Positions 26,816 through 35,134 of a stretch of DNA of 39,425 bases are shown here, piece after piece. The position numbers were made by a program, and so were the translations under genes. The stretch comes from Nitrospira sp. (GTDB lineage: Bacteria; Nitrospirota; Thermodesulfovibrionia; Thermodesulfovibrionales; SM23-35). The stretch is from positions 1 to 39,425 of the forward strand of contig VGWY01000001.1 in the NCBI GenBank assembly GCA_016873575.1, in the 5' to 3' direction. Within the stretch, counting starts at the first letter, position 1, and each line of letters begins with the position of its first letter. Under the pieces are notes generated by a model that was not told the DNA's origin, did no database searches, and saw only the letters and a list, made by a program, of their open reading frames with translations.

Positions 26816-28911
26816 TGAAGAACGTAAAAGTTGATGTTCGCGGAAGGATATTAAAACTCGAAACAGGCAAGATTGCGAAACAGGCAGATGGCGCAGTAGT
26901 CGCTCAATGTGGGGATAGCGTTGTTCTTGCCACAATTGTCGCTGAAAAAAAAGAAAAAAAGGGATTAGATTTTTTTCCCCTTACCATAGATTATCAGGAA
27001 AAGGCTTACGCAGCAGGAAAGATTCCCGGAGGGTTTTTTAAACGCGAAGGGAGACCTACAGAGAAAGAGATACTCACCTCTCGTCTTGTTGACAGACCAA
27101 TAAGACCACTGTTGCCAAAGGGGTTTTCATCAGAGACCCAGGGTATAGCAAATGTTCTCTCCTATGGAGATGAAAATATTGCTGATATCCTTGGAATAAT
27201 AAGCATGTCTGCTGCCTTTACCATCTCTGACATCCCATTCAATGGTCCAATAGGGGCGGTGAGGATAGGGAGGATTGCAGGCTCATTTGTAATAAATCCT
27301 GACATGAAAGAAGTCGAGGAGTGTGACCTTAACCTTATTGTGGCTGGTACCGAAGATGCCATTATGATGGTTGAGGGTGAAAGTCAGGAAATATCAGAGC
27401 ATGATCTCCTCGAGGCATTAGATGTAGCACATCAGGAGGTCAAGCGCATATGTGCTGCTCAGAAAGAATTACAATCCATTGCCGGCAAAGAAAAGAGACC
27501 TGTAACAACACCTGTTATCAATGAAGACCTCAAGAATGCTGTTACAGCGTTTTCTCTGGAAAAGATAAAGGCTGCTATTACCATCCCTGACAAAATGAGG
27601 AGACAATATGTACTTGATGAGACACTCAAAGAGGTAGTAGAGAAGCTGAATACTGATGAGACTGACTTCACAATGGATATAGCTACTGTATTTAATGATC
27701 TTGAGAAAAACCTTGTGAGAGGAATGATCATCAATGAGAATGTGAGGGCAGACGGTAGGCGACGTGACGAAATAAGGAAAATCAGTGCCGAGGTTGGTAT
27801 CCTCCCGAGAACACATGGCTCAGCGCTTTTTGTCAGGGGTGAGACGCAATGCCTTGCTGTGGTGACCCTCGGGACTGCTGATGATGAACAGAGAATAGAT
27901 TCACTTGATGGTGAGTCTTCAAAAACATTCATGCTGCATTATAATTTCCCACCATTCAGTGTAGGTGAGGTAAAGCGATTGGGATCGCCTGGGAGACGTG
28001 AAATTGGGCATGGTATGCTTGCTGAAAGGGCAGTCAAACCTATCATACCATCAAAGGCAGAATTCCCATATACCATACGGATAGTCTCGGACATATTAGA
28101 ATCAAACGGATCGTCTTCTATGGCAACAGTATGCGGCAGCTCTCTTGCATTAATGGATGCAGGTGTTCCTATCAAAACCCATGTTGCAGGCATAGCAATG
28201 GGACTCATAAAAGAAGATGAAAAGATTATTATTCTTACTGATATCCTTGGCCTTGAAGATCATTTAGGGGATATGGACTTTAAGGTGACCGGAACAGAGA
28301 AGGGTATTACAGCATTCCAGCTCGATACCAAAATCAGCGGTATATCACGTGAAATTATGGAAAAGGCGATCGAGCAGGCACGTCAGGGCAGACTATATAT
28401 CCTTGGGAAGATGAATGAAACCATCAATGCACCAAGGGAAAACCTTGCCCCTTTTGCACCACGGATTTATACGATGCAGATTAAGCAAGACAAGATTCGT
28501 GATGTAATAGGAACAGGTGGAAAAGTTATACGTGGCATCGTAGAACAGACCGGCGTAAAGATAGATATTCAAGACAGCGGACTTATCAATATAGCCTCTC
28601 CAGATGGAGAATCAGCACAAAAGGCTATGGAGATAATAAATAGCATTACGGCTGAGGCTGAACTCGGTAAGATTTACCTCGGTAAGGTAAAAAAGATTCT
28701 TGATTTTGGAGCATTTGTTGAGATCTTTCCTGGAACTGAGGGGTTGCTTCATATCTCACAGGTATCAGAACAGAGGATAGCGAAGGTAACAGACGAGATA
28801 CAAGAAGGGGATGAAGTTCTTGTAAAAGTTTTAGAGATCGATAGGTCTGGAAAGATTCGTCTGTCCCGAAAAGAGGCGATGAAAGAAAGGGAAAGTAAAA
28901 AGCGGGTCTAA
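26815..28911 (+). CDS. pnp: Polyribonucleotide nucleotidyltransferase (PNPase)
   Basis: Two RNase PH domains, then KH and S1 domains (GKVKKILDFGAFVEI). It overlaps the rpsO stop by 1 nt. Confidence 0.95.
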   Translation: MKNVKVDVRGRILKLETGKIAKQADGAVVAQCGDSVVLATIVAEKKEKKGLDFFPLTIDYQEKAYAAGKIPGGFFKREGRPTEKEILTSRLVDRPIRPLLPKGFSSETQGIANVLSYGDENIADILGIISMSAAFTISDIPFNGPIGAVRIGRIAGSFVINPDMKEVEECDLNLIVAGTEDAIMMVEGESQEISEHDLLEALDVAHQEVKRICAAQKELQSIAGKEKRPVTTPVINEDLKNAVTAFSLEKIKAAITIPDKMRRQYVLDETLKEVVEKLNTDETDFTMDIATVFNDLEKNLVRGMIINENVRADGRRRDEIRKISAEVGILPRTHGSALFVRGETQCLAVVTLGTADDEQRIDSLDGESSKTFMLHYNFPPFSVGEVKRLGSPGRREIGHGMLAERAVKPIIPSKAEFPYTIRIVSDILESNGSSSMATVCGSSLALMDAGVPIKTHVAGIAMGLIKEDEKIIILTDILGLEDHLGDMDFKVTGTEKGITAFQLDTKISGISREIMEKAIEQARQGRLYILGKMNETINAPRENLAPFAPRIYTMQIKQDKIRDVIGTGGKVIRGIVEQTGVKIDIQDSGLINIASPDGESAQKAMEIINSITAEAELGKIYLGKVKKILDFGAFVEIFPGTEGLLHISQVSEQRIAKVTDEIQEGDEVLVKVLEIDRSGKIRLSRKEAMKERESKKRV

Positions 28912-28921
28912 CTGATAGGGT

Positions 28922-30205
28922 ATGTTTAGAAAAGAACACCTCCTCAACGGGATACCTGTGGTGATGGAACAAATGAAGAATATGCGTTCTGTCTCCCTTG
29001 GCATATGGGTCAAGGTTGGTTCACGGAACGAGCCTCCTGATAAAAACGGCATATCACATTTTCTCGAACACATGTTTTTTAAAGGGACAGAGAAGAGAAC
29101 AGCAAAGGATATTGCTGTTGAGATCGATTCTCTCGGTGGAGACCTCAATGCATTCACTTCCAAGGAGAGTACAACATTCTATGTGAAAATCCTTGATGAA
29201 TATATCGATAAGGGCATTGAATTATTGTCTGATATTTTCCTCCATTCTACATTTCCTGAAGAAGATGTTGAGAAAGAGAAAAAGATTATCAAAGAGGAAA
29301 TAAAAATGGTTGAGGATACACCTGACGACTATGTTCATGACCTGTTTAATCAGACCATTTGGGGTCATACAGATCTTGGACAGCCAGTTCTCGGACGCAG
29401 AGAGACGATCAGATTATTTACGAGACATGACCTCATTTCTCACATCAAAACATATTACGGTACAAAGGATGTAGTTATATCCTGTGCAGGGAATTTTGAT
29501 CCTGAACAGCTCATACCCATGCTGAATAAAAATCTTGGTAACTTGAGGAGAGGTTCTGAACCCGAGAGAAGCACCCTGTATGACTTTAACAATACAGTCA
29601 GGGTCTTTCACAAGGAACTTTCAGAGGCACATATCTGTTTAGGTGTCAAAGGAATCTCTCAGGCAAGTGAAGAACGGTACAGCCTTTTTGTACTGAACAC
29701 CATTCTGGGTGCCGGGATAAGCTCAAGGCTTTTTCAGGAGATAAGGGAAAAAAGGGGTCTTGCCTATGCAATATATTCTTTTCTTGCATCATATTTTGAT
29801 ACAGGTGTATGGGGCATCTATGCCGGTGTCAGCAAGAAAAGGGTGAAAGAAGTATTGGAATTAGTTCTGGACGAGATGCATAGTTTAAAGGATACCCTGA
29901 GTGAGGGAGAACTCAATCGTGCAAAAAGCCAGCTCAAAGGAAATATTGTTCTGGGTCTTGAATCAACAAGCAGCCGCATGAATAATATTGCACGTCAGGA
30001 AATATACCTGGGCAGATATTACTCTCCAAAGGAGATCATGAGAGAGGTTGATTCAATTACTCTCAATAACATCAAAGAACTTTCAGAAAAGCTCATCAAA
30101 AAGGAGAGTTTCTCACTCACAGTCTATGGCCCTGTGAATGAAAAGGATTTTGAAGGAATATTACATGAATGCTGGCTGAAAGCTCCGACTTTCAGTCGGA
30201 GATGA
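28922..30205 (+). CDS. M16-family zinc peptidase; C-terminal tail encoded by repeat B
   Basis: HFLEHMFFKGT is the HxxEH zinc motif. The position after pnp is a common synteny. The last ~13 codons ([14 protein letters not shown]) and the stop lie in family B copy 2. Confidence 0.85.
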   Translation: MFRKEHLLNGIPVVMEQMKNMRSVSLGIWVKVGSRNEPPDKNGISHFLEHMFFKGTEKRTAKDIAVEIDSLGGDLNAFTSKESTTFYVKILDEYIDKGIELLSDIFLHSTFPEEDVEKEKKIIKEEIKMVEDTPDDYVHDLFNQTIWGHTDLGQPVLGRRETIRLFTRHDLISHIKTYYGTKDVVISCAGNFDPEQLIPMLNKNLGNLRRGSEPERSTLYDFNNTVRVFHKELSEAHICLGVKGISQASEERYSLFVLNTILGAGISSRLFQEIREKRGLAYAIYSFLASYFDTGVWGIYAGVSKKRVKEVLELVLDEMHSLKDTLSEGELNRAKSQLKGNIVLGLESTSSRMNNIARQEIYLGRYYSPKEIMREVDSITLNNIKELSEKLIKKESFSLTVYGPVNEKDFEGILHECWLKAPTFSRR

Positions 30206-30269
30206 AAGCCAGCTTTATGAAAATATTTTCCTTGCATGGAAGCCCCGACTTTTAGTCGGAGAGCTTCAC
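30164..30269 (+). repeat. Family B hairpin repeats, copies 2 and 3
   Basis: catgaatgctggctgaaagctccgactttcagtcggagatgaaagccagc (30164-30213) and catggaagccccgacttttagtcggagagcttcac (30235-30269). Confidence 0.85.
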
Positions 30270-30293
30270 ATTAAAAAAACAGGAGGTATCAAT

Positions 30294-30461
30294 ATGCCAG
30301 CATATGAATATACCTGTAAAGACTGTAAAAAGGATTTTACAATTTACCTTTCGATCAAGGAATATGAATCGAATCCGAAGATCACGTGCACGAACTGCCA
30401 GGGCAGCAATATCGTGAAGAAGCTGACGTCCTTTTTCACTAAGACGAGCAAGAAGTCATAA
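30294..30461 (+). CDS. FmdB-family zinc-ribbon protein (55 aa, absent from the ORF track)
   Basis: MPAYEYTCKDCKKDF...ITCTNCQGSNI has the YEY-x-C-xx-C...C-xx-C pattern. AGGAGG lies 7 nt before the ATG. Confidence 0.7.
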   Translation: MPAYEYTCKDCKKDFTIYLSIKEYESNPKITCTNCQGSNIVKKLTSFFTKTSKKS

Positions 30462-30487
30462 CAATTACACAACTGAAAGGTTAAAAG

Positions 30488-30706
30488 GTGATCAGGAACG
30501 TTCATTTTCTTGAAAACATGGAAAGAGAGTTTATCTCAAGACAAAAGCTTTCCTATAAAAAGTGTTTGCAAATATTCGAGTCAATGTGGCATGAAGGGAT
30601 AAAACTCGGGGTATTGCCTCCTAAAGAACCGCTTGAAGGAATTGATGTTGATATAAAAATTGCTAAAATCATTCATTCGTGTTTGAAGAGCTCCTCGCAA
30701 AAATAG
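30488..30706 (+). CDS. Small partner protein of nucleotidyltransferase module 1 (putative antitoxin-like)
   Basis: 62-72 aa (GTG 30488 or ATG 30518). It overlaps the next gene by 28 nt. The tail LGVLPPKEPLEGIDVDIKIAKII recalls small proteins I have seen upstream of minimal nucleotidyltransferases. Confidence 0.45.
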   Translation: MIRNVHFLENMEREFISRQKLSYKKCLQIFESMWHEGIKLGVLPPKEPLEGIDVDIKIAKIIHSCLKSSSQK

Positions 30707-31230
30707 GTACCGTTCTTAATAAATACAAGCTCCCCTATATGATTATCGGGGGGCAGGCTGTATTGCTTTACGGAGAACCCCGTCTTACCAGAGATATCGA
30801 CATTACCCTCGGAGTTGATATCGATTTTCTTGATACACTTTTGGATGCTGTTCAAGAGCTTTCCCTAAAACCCCTCCCTGAAGACATACAATCATTTGTC
30901 AGACAGACCATGGTGTTGCCTGCCCTAAATGAAACGACCGGGATAAGAGTGGACTTTATCTTCTCATTTACTCCTTTTGAAACTGAGGCTATCAAGAGGG
31001 CAAGAAAAATAACCCTTATGGATCAGGCGGTCTCTTTTGCATCACCGGAAGACGTTATCATACACAAAATATTCGCTGGAAGGCCACGCGACATCGAAGA
31101 TGTCAAATCAATTCTTCTCAAAAATCCGGAGATCGACATACAATATATCCGGAAATGGCTGAAAGAATTTGATGAATCCTCTGATGAGAAGATATTCTTA
31201 AAGTTATTTGAAGAAATATTGAAGAGATAA
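30679..31230 (+). CDS. Pol-beta-superfamily nucleotidyltransferase (minimal NTase, GTG start)
   Basis: IIGGQAVLLYGEPRLTRDIDI fits the hG[GS]-x13-D-x-D NTase signature. 183 aa. Confidence 0.6.
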   Translation: MFEELLAKIGTVLNKYKLPYMIIGGQAVLLYGEPRLTRDIDITLGVDIDFLDTLLDAVQELSLKPLPEDIQSFVRQTMVLPALNETTGIRVDFIFSFTPFETEAIKRARKITLMDQAVSFASPEDVIIHKIFAGRPRDIEDVKSILLKNPEIDIQYIRKWLKEFDESSDEKIFLKLFEEILKR

Positions 31231-31271
31231 TAGATGACAGATGACAAAACAAGGAAATCGCCAATTGTATG

Positions 31272-31358
31272 TCTGTCTTCTGTGCTCTGTGCTCTGAATA
31301 TCTGGCTTCTTACTTCTGTTATCTGTACTCTGAAACAAGAGGCATAGGGGGGATAAAT
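31272..31358 (+). repeat. Family D repeat, copy 1 (87 nt)
   Basis: tctgtcttctgtgctctgtgctctgaatatctggcttcttacttctgttatctgtactctgaaacaagaggcataggggggataaat is about 95% identical to 32535-32620. Confidence 0.9.
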
Positions 31359-31421
31359 ATAAACAATTTGGCATATCTGATATAATTTACACAGAATTAC
31401 AAAATGAAACATACATGTCTC

Positions 31422-31530
31422 AAAAGACACAAAGTACAATGAAACTGTCATTGCGAGGAGTCCACATAAGGCGGACGACGAAGCAATCCCAAAAGAAGAG
31501 ATTGCTTCGCCCGCGGCTCGCAATGACAGT
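31422..31530 (+). repeat. Family C long hairpin repeat, copy 2 (intact)
   Basis: Outer stem ctgtcattgcgag/ctcgcaatgacag and inner stem gaagcaatc/gattgcttc. The leader aaagacacaaagtacaatgaaa is shared with copy 1. Confidence 0.85.
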
Positions 31531-31546
31531 TTAAAGGTATTTTCAG

Positions 31547-31825
31547 GTGAAAACTATTATTGAAAAAAGATTATTCTGGTTTTTAAAAGAGGGAACCGAG
31601 CTTGATCTTTCAGATAAGGCACAGCTTGATATGTATGTCCAGCAGGTACTTACAAGAGGAAAGACTTCTGATATCAAAAGACTTTTCAGGATAATTGTCC
31701 CCTCTGTTTTTCACGACTCTTTCACCCGCATAAAAAGCTTTTTACCCAAAGAGGTAAAAAGGTTCTGGGAGGAAGATATTGGAGATTCTCACCAGTCTGC
31801 AAAGAAAGATACTCGTTCTCTTTAG
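31547..31825 (+). CDS. Small partner protein of nucleotidyltransferase module 2 (GTG start)
   Basis: 92 aa. LFWFLKEGTELDLSDKAQLDMYVQQVLTRGKTSDIKRLF resembles the small domain often found next to AbiEii-type NTases (from memory). It overlaps the next gene by 47 nt. Confidence 0.45.
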   Translation: MKTIIEKRLFWFLKEGTELDLSDKAQLDMYVQQVLTRGKTSDIKRLFRIIVPSVFHDSFTRIKSFLPKEVKRFWEEDIGDSHQSAKKDTRSL

Positions 31826-32450
31826 CAACGTGCCTGATAAAGATGCCTTTTACCTTACAGGTGGTACAGCACTATCGGCTTTTTTTATTAAACATAGAAT
31901 CAGCCATGATCTGGATTTCTTTACAAATATTGAAGAACTTATTCTGCCTTTCAGTCAAAAGCTTGAAGCATCCTTGAAAAATGATAATCTCGTCGTTGAA
32001 AAATTGCGGGGATTCCATTCCTTTGTAGAACTTACCGTAAGTTCATCTGAAGATTCAACAATAATTCATATCGCCCTGGATTCTCCTTTTAGGTTTGAAC
32101 AGCCATTCGAATCTCAAGAAATTTCAGGTATAAAAGTAGATAGCCTGATAGACATTGCCAGCAATAAGCTCCTTGCTCTTTTCGGGAGAGCTACATTAAG
32201 AGATTTCATAGATGTCTATTTTCTTGCAAAAGAATATTTTGATAAAAAATATCTTATTGAAAAAGCTGCAAAAAAAGATCCGGGCTTTGACCTCTATTGG
32301 CTTGGAGTAGCAATGGAGAGGATTAATGAATACCCTGACGACTCTCCAGATATGCACCCCCTCACACGCCCGTGTTCAATGAGAGAACTTAAGGACTTTT
32401 ATAGTATCTGGAGAAAAGAGATTTTGAAAGAGATTACTAAAGGTGAGTAG
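31779..32450 (+). CDS. AbiEii/AbiGii-type nucleotidyltransferase (toxin-like), TTG start
   Basis: LTSLQRKILVLFSN....FYLTGGTALSAFFIKHRISHDLDFF is a typical AbiEii N-terminus with the GG...D-x-D NTase motif. Confidence 0.65.
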   Translation: MEILTSLQRKILVLFSNVPDKDAFYLTGGTALSAFFIKHRISHDLDFFTNIEELILPFSQKLEASLKNDNLVVEKLRGFHSFVELTVSSSEDSTIIHIALDSPFRFEQPFESQEISGIKVDSLIDIASNKLLALFGRATLRDFIDVYFLAKEYFDKKYLIEKAAKKDPGFDLYWLGVAMERINEYPDDSPDMHPLTRPCSMRELKDFYSIWRKEILKEITKGE

Positions 32451-32534
32451 AATATCGAATTGTATTTACCTGACACTGTTCCCCAACACCGACACTGTTC
32501 ACAGATTACTGACACGGTCGAGAGATTCAGACAA

Positions 32535-32620
32535 TCTGTCTTCTGTGCTCTGTGTTCTGAAGTCTGGCTTCTTACTTCTGTTATCTGTACCCTGAAACAA
32601 GAGGCATAGGGGGGATGAAT
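32535..32620 (+). repeat. Family D repeat, copy 2 (86 nt)
   Basis: See copy 1. It differs by one indel and a few substitutions. Confidence 0.9.
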
Positions 32621-32812
32621 GACGGAAATAATGCTAACGGAAGTAGTTGAACGAAAAATCTACATGATTCTAGGCCATAAGGATGAAGGATGAAGTCTCA
32701 GAGCGATTTGCATAATGCTGACAAGGCAAAAAATAATAATGCAAAAAATAATAATTGTGTTTTTGAATAAAAAAATTTAAAATTTTAAAAATTATAAAGG
32801 AGATATTGAGCT

Positions 32813-33040
32813 ATGCATGTAACCATTTCAAACATTAATCCAGCTACGAATGACCTGCCTTTTATTTCGGTGAATGTTCATATCCAGGACACTGAAAACC
32901 TTGGACAGGAAGCGATTTTTCATGTACTTATTGATCAGGGTGACGCATTATTGTCTGAAATAAAAGATCTTTCACGGGACAAAGTCAAAGATTTTCTTAC
33001 TGCTATCTTACAGGAGATTGACTACGCACAAATAGACTAA
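32813..33040 (+). CDS. Hypothetical small protein (75 aa)
   Basis: AAAGGAG lies 8 nt before the ATG. It is preceded by a very A/T-rich tract with a tandem 15-mer gcaaaaaataataat (32726-32755). I recognise no motif. Confidence 0.45.
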   Translation: MHVTISNINPATNDLPFISVNVHIQDTENLGQEAIFHVLIDQGDALLSEIKDLSRDKVKDFLTAILQEIDYAQID

Positions 33041-33052
33041 CAGGGATTTGGA

Positions 33053-33934
33053 ATGACTACCGTACTGTTACAAACAGAGTTTCCTGATATAACACTTGTT
33101 AAACGTGGCAAGGTAAGAGATATATATGAAATTAATGATAAGTATCTTTTCATTATTGCTACTGACCGTATTTCTGCATTTGATGTAGTATTGCCAAATG
33201 GGATACCTGAAAAGGGCAGGGTGCTTACACAGATATCAATCTACTGGTTTCAACGGATGAAGGATATTATTCCAAATCATATTATTGCAACAGAGGTAAA
33301 GAATTTCCCTGAGAGGCTCCATAAATATGCGGATATCATTGAGGGAAGAAGCATGCTTGTGCAAAAGACAAAACCAATACCAGTCGAATGTGTTGTTCGG
33401 GGTTACCTTACTGGGTCCGGATGGAAGGAATATAAAAAAAGTAGAACTATCTGTGGTATCAGACTGCCTGATGGGCTTGTTGAATCATCCAGACTGAATG
33501 AACCAATATTTACCCCCACTACAAAGGCTGAAGAGGGGCATGATATTAATATTCCTTTTGATGAAGTAGTTGGTATCGTTGGACGGGAGATGGCAGAAAG
33601 GTTGGAAGATGTCAGCATTCAGGTCTATTCAAAGGCAAGGGATTTAGCTGGAAAAAAAGGTATTATCATAGCAGATACGAAATTTGAATTTGGATTAAAC
33701 AATAATGAACTCACCTTGATTGATGAGCTTCTTACCCCTGACTCTTCACGTTTCTGGTCAATAAAGGATTATGCCCCTGGCAGAGGACAGGACAGCTTTG
33801 ACAAACAGATTGTAAGAGACTATCTCCTTACCCTTGACTGGAATCAACAATACCCGGCACCGGTACTTCCTGATGAGATTGTAGAAAAAACAACAGCAAG
33901 ATATAGAGAAATTCTCAGAATTCTTACAAGTTAA
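33053..33934 (+). CDS. purC: SAICAR synthase
   Basis: [12 protein letters not shown]....[12 protein letters not shown] and ...[10 protein letters not shown]... are canonical PurC motifs. Confidence 0.95.
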   Translation: MTTVLLQTEFPDITLVKRGKVRDIYEINDKYLFIIATDRISAFDVVLPNGIPEKGRVLTQISIYWFQRMKDIIPNHIIATEVKNFPERLHKYADIIEGRSMLVQKTKPIPVECVVRGYLTGSGWKEYKKSRTICGIRLPDGLVESSRLNEPIFTPTTKAEEGHDINIPFDEVVGIVGREMAERLEDVSIQVYSKARDLAGKKGIIIADTKFEFGLNNNELTLIDELLTPDSSRFWSIKDYAPGRGQDSFDKQIVRDYLLTLDWNQQYPAPVLPDEIVEKTTARYREILRILTS

Positions 33935-33947
33935 CATAAAATAATTT

Positions 33948-33994
33948 AACCACAGAGGACACAGAGTGCACAGAGGGAAATGAGGATTGTGGTT
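33948..33994 (+). repeat. Family E repeat, copy 1 (cacagag-type)
   Basis: aaccacagaggacacagagtgcacagagggaaatgaggattgtggtt has termini aaccaca/tgtggtt that pair. It lies between the convergent purC and channel genes. Confidence 0.75.
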
Positions 33995-33995
33995 T

Positions 33996-35000
33996 TCATT
34001 TATTCGCCATCGACATATCTTCCAGTATTTTTAATTTGGCTATTTCACCAAGTGCTATCAATGTGTCACCAGCCTTTACTGTGCTTCGGAAGGTCGGATT
34101 GAACTTCATATCACCTGTGGCTTGCTTGATGGCCACAATGATAATGCCCAGTTCCTTTCCAATACCACATTCATCCAGGGTGAGACCTACAAGACGGGAA
34201 CCTTCCTGAATTGGTATTTCCTCCATCTGGAGGTCAATATTCCCGGTCTTTGTAGCGAATTCTATAAAGTCAACAACAGCAGGTTTGATAATAGTCTGTG
34301 CCATCCTGAGTCCACCAATGTGATATGGCGATATAACTCTGTCAGCCCCTGCTCTGAGCAACTTCTGCTCAGAGCCTTCTTCTCCTGCTCTTGCAACGAT
34401 AAAAAGGTCAGGATTTAATACTCTGGCACTCAATACGACATAAAGGTTCTCTGCATCTGTGGGGAGTACGGATACTAACCCCTTTGCCTTTTCAATACCA
34501 ACCTTTTTCAACATTTCATCTTTTGTTGCGTCTCCTTCAAAAATAAGGGTATCTTCTCCTTCCTTCAATATATCAGGTTGTTTTTCAATAATAATAAATT
34601 TTACATGCCTGCCTTTCAGTTCTTTGCAGATGATCTTGCCCATCCTTCCGTAACCACAGATGATATAGTGGTCTCTTAATTCTTTGACTTTCTTTTCCAA
34701 TCTTCTCCTCCCGAATATCTCCTGGATCTCGCCTTCCAAAAGAGATTTGGCACCTGCGCTGAGTGCATACAGCATGGTGCCAACACCACTTATTATAAGG
34801 ATAATAGTAAATAATCTTCCACCTGAAGAGAGCTCTCCTACTTCTTTATATCCAACCGTGCTCAGTGTTATTATCGTCATATAGAGAGAATCCAAGAAAT
34901 TCCATCCCTCTATGCCCATATACCCTGCTATGCCAAAGGCAATAATAAAAGCTATCAAAATGGCTGAGGATATCAGTCTTTTCCTGATTTCTTTCAACAC
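33996..35000 (-). CDS. RCK/TrkA-domain two-TM potassium-channel family protein with a non-canonical filter (GTG start)
   Basis: M1 helix, pore helix and filter LSTVGYKEV, and M2 helix. These are followed by Rossmann HYIICGYGRMGK (TrkA_N) and a TrkA_C domain. GAGGAG lies 8 nt before the GTG. Confidence 0.85.
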   Translation of the reverse strand: MLKEIRKRLISSAILIAFIIAFGIAGYMGIEGWNFLDSLYMTIITLSTVGYKEVGELSSGGRLFTIILIISGVGTMLYALSAGAKSLLEGEIQEIFGRRRLEKKVKELRDHYIICGYGRMGKIICKELKGRHVKFIIIEKQPDILKEGEDTLIFEGDATKDEMLKKVGIEKAKGLVSVLPTDAENLYVVLSARVLNPDLFIVARAGEEGSEQKLLRAGADRVISPYHIGGLRMAQTIIKPAVVDFIEFATKTGNIDLQMEEIPIQEGSRLVGLTLDECGIGKELGIIIVAIKQATGDMKFNPTFRSTVKAGDTLIALGEIAKLKILEDMSMANK

Positions 35001-35032
35001 ACTTCAATCTCCTCAAACAAAATAATACTCAT

Positions 35033-35129
35033 AACCGCAAAGGATGCAGAGAAATATATTAAATATAACAAAAAAAGACCTAAAAGACACTGACTAAGGA
35101 CTACACAGAGAAAAATGAGAATAGTGGTT
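35033..35129 (+). repeat. Family E repeat, copy 2 (interrupted)
   Basis: aaccgcaaaggatgcagag (35033-51) ... cacagagaaaaatgagaatagtggtt (35104-29) parallels copy 1 in the same orientation. Confidence 0.6.
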
Positions 35130-35134
35130 AATCC

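Noticed and set aside
31272-32620. Integron cassette array with family D repeats as attC sites
   Set aside because: Family D is internally a direct duplication and lacks the imperfect inverted-repeat (R''-L''/L'-R') structure of attC. There is no intI integrase or attI in the window.
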